64,000 bases of DNA, taken from NCBI GenBank assembly GCA_014874355.1, contig JACWAJ010000066.1:12417-76416 (forward strand), given 5' to 3'. This stretch comes from a bacterium. Its GTDB lineage: Bacteria > Chloroflexota > Dormibacteria > Aeolococcales > Aeolococcaceae. The translations under genes were made by a program, and so were the position numbers. Below the pieces are notes generated by a model, which was not told the DNA's origin, searched no databases, and worked only from the letters and a program-made list of their open reading frames with translations. Positions 58,434-64,000 of the stretch are shown in pieces. How positions within the stretch are numbered: the stretch's first letter is position 1; every line of letters begins with the position of its first letter.

Positions 58434-59579
58434 GTGAGGCGAGTACCCCTTTGGGTCGTGGCCCCGGTAGTGGCATTGGCGGCGGGAGCCCTGATGGCCT
58501 CGCCGGTGAGTGCGGACGGTGGCCCGCACAGGTACACGGCGACGCCCAGCGCCACCACCGACGGCTGTGCCAGCTGCCACAGACTGCACACCGCGCAGGG
58601 ATCGCACCTGTTGAAGGATATCGAGCCCATGCTCTGCCTCTCCTGCCACGGACAGGACGCCGAGGGCGCGAACAACGACGTGGAAGATGGCATCGGCTAC
58701 ATCTCCTACGGCAACCCAAGCGGTAAGTACGATCCCCACCGGACCGGCAACGGCGGCACCTATGGCACCACCGGTAAAGGCGGGACGTACGTCGCGGGCG
58801 CGCCGATTGGGGCGCTGCGTAGCGGTGGCTTCAGCTATGCGCTGATCGGCTCGGCCCTTGCGACCGGTCAGCAGGCCACACCTGATCTCCAGGAGAGCCT
58901 CAACACGGGCAACATTCCGGTGCTGCCGCTACCCACTGCCACCGGCGACCTCAACACTTCGATGCTCGTCCCGGTGACGTCGTCGCACGCGGTCGGCGGA
59001 ACGGACACCACGGCCTGGGGCAATGGCACATCTGGCTATGGGTCGACCATCCAACTGCGCTGCAGCTCGTGCCATGACCCGCACGGAAACGGCAACTACC
59101 GCATCCTGCGGCCTATCCCCGTGCAGTCGGGAGCGTCCACTGGCGTGACCATCGCAGACGAGACCACCGACAGTGGCTTCTCGAAGGCCTACATCACCAC
59201 CAACTACTGGGACATCCAGCCGTATGAGTTGAAGATGACGTCAGCAACGACATGGACCTATCAGAAGCCGGTGGCGGCTCAGTCCTTCATCCCCAACATC
59301 TCGGCCTGGTGCACGACCTGCCATACCCGCTTCATGGCGGCGAGTGGATCGGGCGAAGTCTCCACCGGCGATGCGACGTATACGTATCTCCACAAGTCGG
59401 ATGGCACCACCCAGGGTTCGGCCAACTGCATCCAATGTCACGTGGCCCACGGTTCCAATGCAAGCATGGGAACGGGCACACAGTCGAGCCAGGTCACCCT
59501 GCCCGACGGCACCGCCGGCGACTCCTACCTGCTGCGCATCGACCAGCGCGGCATCTGCGAGATGTGTCACAAGCGCTAA
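58434..59579 (+). CDS. Secreted hexaheme c-type cytochrome with paired (doubled) CXXCH motifs
   Basis: Signal peptide …ALMASPVSA/DGG. CXXCH x6: CASCH, CLSCH, CSSCH, CTTCH, CIQCH, CEMCH. Start codon uncertain (GTG 58434; TTG 58371 in ORF track). Confidence 0.8.
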   Translation: MRRVPLWVVAPVVALAAGALMASPVSADGGPHRYTATPSATTDGCASCHRLHTAQGSHLLKDIEPMLCLSCHGQDAEGANNDVEDGIGYISYGNPSGKYDPHRTGNGGTYGTTGKGGTYVAGAPIGALRSGGFSYALIGSALATGQQATPDLQESLNTGNIPVLPLPTATGDLNTSMLVPVTSSHAVGGTDTTAWGNGTSGYGSTIQLRCSSCHDPHGNGNYRILRPIPVQSGASTGVTIADETTDSGFSKAYITTNYWDIQPYELKMTSATTWTYQKPVAAQSFIPNISAWCTTCHTRFMAASGSGEVSTGDATYTYLHKSDGTTQGSANCIQCHVAHGSNASMGTGTQSSQVTLPDGTAGDSYLLRIDQRGICEMCHKR

Positions 59580-59590
59580 CCAATCCGGCC

Positions 59591-59630
59591 GGCAAGCCGG
59601 GGTGGCCCTGTGGGGCCACCCCGGCTTGCC
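59591..59630 (+). terminator. 18-bp perfect-stem hairpin between the two cytochrome genes (attenuator/terminator)
   Basis: GGCAAGCCGGGGTGGCCC-tgtg-GGGCCACCCCGGCTTGCC. Confidence 0.5.
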
Positions 59631-59667
59631 AGTCATCTAAACACGCTCACGGCTGAACAAAAAAAGC

Positions 59668-61104
59668 ATGAGAAGCCTCACCCTCACAACGCCCAGGATC
59701 CTTACCTCCGTCCTGGTCGCGGGGGTGGGGGTACTCATGCTTTTCTGTCTGTCCCGGTCAGACGGTGGATCAGGTGCGGTAAGCCTGGCGAAAGCGGCCT
59801 CCCCGTCCCACTATGCGCTGGCTGCTGCGGCGCTGAACCCCTCCGGGACGGTGTCGCCGCAGACCTATGTCGAAGGCGCACACGGCCCCTATTCGACCAC
59901 CGCGACGGACGAGTGCGCTACCTGTCACCGCAGCCACACCGCCAAGAACAGCGGCCTGCTGACGCGGTCGGTGCCGCAGAGCACGCTCTGCTTCACATGC
60001 CACGACGGGACGGGTGCTGGCAGCAACGTCCTGGCCCAGTACCGCGATCCCTTGGTGCCGGCCAACGACACCGCCGTACGGAGTTACTACAGCCACGACG
60101 CCCTGGTCCCCACAGCGCACACCCTGGCCTCGCTCAATCAATTTGCGGGTGTGCTCAACCGTGAGAGCGAGTGTGGCGACTGTCACAACCCGCACACAGT
60201 TGACATGGCGGCGAGTACGGAGACCACGACAGGCTGGACGGCGTCGGGACCGCTATCCCACATTTCAGGCGTATCGGTCGTCAACGGCAGCGCCGGCACG
60301 CAACCGGCATACACCTTTCTCGACGGGGTTACGGACCCTATCACCCGCGAGTACCAACTCTGCTTCAAGTGCCACTCGGGGTTCACAGTGTTGCCCCCCA
60401 ACACTGGGTTCACCGCCTCGCAGTACCTGCTCGACAAGGCGGTGGAGTTCAATCCCAACAACCCATCGTTCCATCCTGTCGAGGCCCCCGGAACCAACGC
60501 CACCCAGAAAATGAACGACAGCCTGGCCGGCACGTCGCCGTACAAGCAGTGGAGCTTCACTTCGGCAAGCACGATTCGATGCTCCAACTGCCATGCCAGT
60601 TACACGTCCTACAACGGGGGAACTCCACCGAGCGCCGGTTCCGACCTCAATGCGCACACGTCCAAGAACGCGGGCATTCTCATCCAGAACTACCGCGACC
60701 GTGTGTTGAAGAGCAACTCCGAGGCGTATAGCTCTGCCGATTTCGCGCTTTGCTTCATGTGCCACGGCGACTACCCGTTCACGCACTCCTCCACCACGGT
60801 GCAGACCAACTTCAGCCTGCATAACTGGCATGTGGCATCAATCGCCGGTGTGGGTTCGGGGGGCACCGACATTGATACTCCGGGAGCCGGTCAGGGCAAT
60901 GCCCTCTGCTCTGAATGTCACTTCCGACTTCATTCGACGACGTACGCGGTTGGGTCGCAGTCGATCCCGGGAACCCGGTTGGTCAGCTTTGCACCCAATG
61001 TTACGCCCAACGCTGGCGTCATCTCCTGGGCTCCGGGGGCGACCGGCCACGGCTCATGCACGTTGACCTGCCACGGCGTTGCCCATAACGGCTGGTCGTA
61101 CTAA
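59668..61104 (+). CDS. Secreted multiheme c-type cytochrome (7 CXXCH + 1 CX3CH), paralogous N-terminus to the upstream cytochrome
   Basis: Signal peptide. CATCH, CFTCH, CGDCH, CFKCH, CSNCH, CFMCH, CSECH plus CTLTCH. Shares TD(G/E)CA(S/T)CHR.HTA…LC..CH with the upstream protein. Confidence 0.8.
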   Translation: MRSLTLTTPRILTSVLVAGVGVLMLFCLSRSDGGSGAVSLAKAASPSHYALAAAALNPSGTVSPQTYVEGAHGPYSTTATDECATCHRSHTAKNSGLLTRSVPQSTLCFTCHDGTGAGSNVLAQYRDPLVPANDTAVRSYYSHDALVPTAHTLASLNQFAGVLNRESECGDCHNPHTVDMAASTETTTGWTASGPLSHISGVSVVNGSAGTQPAYTFLDGVTDPITREYQLCFKCHSGFTVLPPNTGFTASQYLLDKAVEFNPNNPSFHPVEAPGTNATQKMNDSLAGTSPYKQWSFTSASTIRCSNCHASYTSYNGGTPPSAGSDLNAHTSKNAGILIQNYRDRVLKSNSEAYSSADFALCFMCHGDYPFTHSSTTVQTNFSLHNWHVASIAGVGSGGTDIDTPGAGQGNALCSECHFRLHSTTYAVGSQSIPGTRLVSFAPNVTPNAGVISWAPGATGHGSCTLTCHGVAHNGWSY

Positions 61105-61305
61105 CCGGCTTTTGCAGCCGGTCAACCTCTACCCAAGGATATAGGCGGGTCCACGTAACGTCCCACCGGGCCAACTATTTCCGACCGCACCCTCTATCTG
61201 AAACGGGCCTCACGGCGGATGTATGCCGCCCCGCCGCCGCCGAGAATTAAGGCTCTTCGCAATTGGCACCAGCATGATGCTGGCGTACACGGGGGGAACG
61301 TCTGA

Positions 61306-62367
61306 ATGAGTGGCAGCAGTTCGGCGTTGCCTGCCAACCGACGCCGCGGCCCCAAGGCCAAAAATGTGCCGGCGACCGCACTCGACGGGGGCATTGACGC
61401 GCAGGATCTCAAGCCAGAGTTGCTCGCCCGGCTGGGTCTCAGCCGGCAGGCAAGCGACCAGGAGATCGAGCGAGTCCACCAGGAACTGGTCGACTTCCTC
61501 GACGGCGCGCCGCAATCCCTCCAGCCGTGGGCCCGGCGAGAGTTCGCCCAGGCCGAAGCCATACATGCTCTGCTCTCCAATACCGCACACGCGCGGCCAG
61601 AGTGGCCACAACGGGGCACGGCGGCGAGCGACTCGCTGCTCGGAGCCGCAGTTTCCGAGCGCGACGTCATGCAAAGCGCTGAAGCCGACGAACTGCTCGA
61701 GGAGTACGAGCGTGAGCCCGCACCGCGTCGTGCTCGGAAAGGTACCCCGAGGCGGCCGGTGTCGCCGGGGCGCGCCCGCCTGGCTAAACGCGTTCTCGTC
61801 GTAGCGCTGGTGGTTGCCGGAATCGGGGGGATCGGTTTTGCGGTGTACCACTGGAACTGGAACGGCGGATCGTCCATCCCGGGGATCAGCGGGAAGCCGG
61901 ACACCAGTGCCGCGTCCAGCACGCAACTGGACACCGCCCAGGTGGCCAAGCTCATGGCCAAGCTCAAGACCAGTCCCAACGACGTGCCGACATTGCTGGC
62001 ACTCGGTAATTTGTATTTCAACGCCAACGACTTTGCCAGCGCCACGCAATTCATGAAGCAGGTGGTCGCCATCGAACCCAAGAACGTGACCGCGTTGCTC
62101 GCTCTCGGGGCCGGAGACTTCAACAGCAATCAGAACGTCCAGGCAGAGCAGGAATGGCTGCAGGTGGTCGCCATCGACCCCAACAACGTCGAGGCGCATT
62201 ACGACCTCGGGTTCCTCTACCTCAGCGGGAACCCTCCCGACATGGCGAAGGTCAAGGCGGAGTGGAACAAGGTGATTGCCATTGCACCCAACTCCGACGT
62301 GGCCAAGACGGTAGCCGCCCACCTCCAGAGCCTGGCGTCGTCCAGTCCCGCGGCGAGCGGTGGATGA
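61306..62367 (+). CDS. Membrane-anchored TPR protein (CcmI/NrfG-like cytochrome c biogenesis accessory candidate)
   Basis: Charged N-terminal region, one TM helix (VLVVALVVAGIGGIGFAVY), C-terminal TPR repeats. Overlaps the ccdA start. Confidence 0.55.
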   Translation: MSGSSSALPANRRRGPKAKNVPATALDGGIDAQDLKPELLARLGLSRQASDQEIERVHQELVDFLDGAPQSLQPWARREFAQAEAIHALLSNTAHARPEWPQRGTAASDSLLGAAVSERDVMQSAEADELLEEYEREPAPRRARKGTPRRPVSPGRARLAKRVLVVALVVAGIGGIGFAVYHWNWNGGSSIPGISGKPDTSAASSTQLDTAQVAKLMAKLKTSPNDVPTLLALGNLYFNANDFASATQFMKQVVAIEPKNVTALLALGAGDFNSNQNVQAEQEWLQVVAIDPNNVEAHYDLGFLYLSGNPPDMAKVKAEWNKVIAIAPNSDVAKTVAAHLQSLASSSPAASGG

Positions 62368-63109
62368 ACCCATGACTGCTCTCAGCTTGGTGATCGCCGC
62401 CCTCGCTGCCGGGTTTGTCTCGTTTGCCTCGCCCTGTGTGTTGCCTCTGGTTCCCTCATACGTGGGCAACATGGTTGGCGTGCTCTCCACCGATACGCGA
62501 GCGCGGCGGCGTGCCGCACTCCCGCACGCGACCGCGTTCGTGGTGGGTTTCTCAATCGTCTTTGTGGCCCTGTGGGCGTCGCTTGGGCTGGTGGGCTCAG
62601 TCCTGCACAGCTACGCGCCTCTGCTCCGTGAGCTGGGCGGCAGCATTCTTGTCTTCTTCGGCCTCCAGGTTGCCGGAGTCATCTCGATCCCCGCGCTCTA
62701 TCGGGAGTTCCACTTGCCGATCGGACGGGGGGCTGGGGGAGCGCCGGCCACACTCCAGCGCAATGCCCCGCCCAGCTTCTGGCGTTCAGCCCTGCTTGGA
62801 GTTGTCTTCGCCGCCGGCTGGACGCCGTGCATCGGGCCCACACTGGGCGGCATCATCGGGCTCGCGTCGGCGAGTGCGTCGGTTGCTCAGGGAACGGTGT
62901 TGCTCGTCGCCTACTCGATTGGGCTGGGTATCCCGTTCATCCTGGTGGCGATCGGCGCAACCTCCGTCACCGGTCGCCTCGCCTGGTTTCGCCGTCACCA
63001 GGTCGCGGTGGAGCGGGCGACCGGGGGGTTTTTGGTCTTGGTGGGCTTCCTGATGCTCACCAACACCTTTGCGCGCTTGGCGGGACTGCTGCCCGGGATC
63101 AGGGTCTGA
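62360..63109 (+). CDS. ccdA: Cytochrome c-type biogenesis protein CcdA (DsbD transmembrane-domain family)
   Basis: FASPCVLPLVPSY and …GWTPCIGP conserved Cys motifs; 6 TM helices. Confidence 0.85.
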   Translation: MDEPMTALSLVIAALAAGFVSFASPCVLPLVPSYVGNMVGVLSTDTRARRRAALPHATAFVVGFSIVFVALWASLGLVGSVLHSYAPLLRELGGSILVFFGLQVAGVISIPALYREFHLPIGRGAGGAPATLQRNAPPSFWRSALLGVVFAAGWTPCIGPTLGGIIGLASASASVAQGTVLLVAYSIGLGIPFILVAIGATSVTGRLAWFRRHQVAVERATGGFLVLVGFLMLTNTFARLAGLLPGIRV

Positions 63110-63120
63110 GGAGGGCACCG

Positions 63121-64000
63121 ATGAAACGCGCTACCGAACCCATCGACGACCTTGACGTGGGGCTACAGATTCCAATCTCGGATATTTTCGATCGGATCTG
63201 GCGCCTCTTCGTATCCATGCGCACGGGGCTGGCTCTCATCCTCGGGCTGGCCGTGCTCTCACTGATCGGGACTCTCCTGGTCCAAGCCCCACCCGAAGTC
63301 AAGGCCGATCCCACCGCGTACGCGACCTGGCTGGATTCGATTGCCCCCAAGTACGGCGGATGGACCCGCATTTTCGACTCGGCCGGATTCTTCTCCATGT
63401 TCAGTTCAGTGTGGTTTAGAGGCGTTACGGTGCTGCTGGTCACGTCGATTGTGGCCTGCTCCATTCGTCGCGCTCCGCTGCTGTGGCGGCGCGCCGTCCA
63501 TCCTCGCATTGCGATGGGCGATTCGTTCTTTGCCAATGCTCCGCTCACCACCGTGTTTGGTGCGAACAGCAACCCCGAGGCCACACTTGAGGCCGTGCGG
63601 CGGGTGCTGCGACGCCGGCACCTTCGGGTTAGCGTCGACTCCAGCGGTGGCGACATCCACGTCCACGCCGATCGCTTCCGCTGGGGGCCGTGGGGGACCA
63701 TCGCGGCCCACCTCTCCATCATCTCCATCCTCGTCGGCGCGGTCATCGGCGCCACGTGGGGCTATCGCGACAACTCGCTTGCGGTGGCGGTGGGCAATGC
63801 ACCTGTTGCGGTGGGTGGGGGCACGGGCCTAACGGTAGCGGCACGGTCCTTCTCGGCCACGTATTATCCTGGCGGCTCCACCCCCAGCGACTACTCCAGC
63901 GTCCTGGCCGTCTATCGCAATGGCCGCGAGGTTGCGTCGCAGACGGTCCGGGTGAACCAGCCACTTCAGGTCGGCGATGTCGCCTTCCACCAGGCCTACT
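63121..64000 (+). CDS. resB: Cytochrome c biogenesis protein ResB/Ccs1 (System II), 5' partial. It runs off the window end and is not in the ORF track
   Basis: Manual translation from ATG 63121: MKRATEPIDDLDVGLQIPISDIFDRIWRLFVSMRTGLALILGLAVLSLIGTLLVQ… This is the ResB N-terminal TM pattern, and no stop occurs before 64000. Confidence 0.75.
   Translation, partial: MKRATEPIDDLDVGLQIPISDIFDRIWRLFVSMRTGLALILGLAVLSLIGTLLVQAPPEVKADPTAYATWLDSIAPKYGGWTRIFDSAGFFSMFSSVWFRGVTVLLVTSIVACSIRRAPLLWRRAVHPRIAMGDSFFANAPLTTVFGANSNPEATLEAVRRVLRRRHLRVSVDSSGGDIHVHADRFRWGPWGTIAAHLSIISILVGAVIGATWGYRDNSLAVAVGNAPVAVGGGTGLTVAARSFSATYYPGGSTPSDYSSVLAVYRNGREVASQTVRVNQPLQVGDVAFHQAY

Overview
This is a high-GC (about 65-70%) actinobacterial-type chromosome segment that spans the replication origin. 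It carries hupB, two tandem FemAB-family genes, glpX, the jag-yidC-yidD-rnpA-rpmH block, and divergently dnaA-oriC-dnaN. parAB sits with an upstream parS site. The oriC candidate (DnaA-box-like motifs plus an AT-rich unwinding element) lies in the dnaA-dnaN spacer, and dnaA-dnaN form a roughly 55% GC island. Synteny is broken after dnaN: a degenerate P-type ATPase remnant follows, and recF-DUF721 are inverted and fused into a minus-strand operon with an MFS pump, a GT28 glycosyltransferase, an Ig/beta-propeller lipoprotein and a DUF4388 protein. Other content includes a full suf Fe-S operon with two cysteine desulfurases, an Rrf2 regulator and a Rieske protein. There is a cytosolic MgtE-N/CBS protein next to an NRAMP-related transporter with a non-canonical metal site, and a beta-class DNA methyltransferase, a Zn-ribbon ORF and an SF1 Upf1-like helicase with a poly-Arg tail. 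Also present are fabI-fabF, VapBC and HTH-NTase/HEPN toxin-antitoxin pairs, and a NarL-type two-component system. The 3' end holds the most unusual block: TPR, NHL beta-propeller, two secreted multiheme c-type cytochromes with paired CXXCH motifs, a second TPR protein, CcdA and a partial ResB (System II cytochrome c maturation). No rRNA, tRNA, CRISPR array or transposase/integrase was recognised. Several long perfect palindromes and repeat elements are listed.
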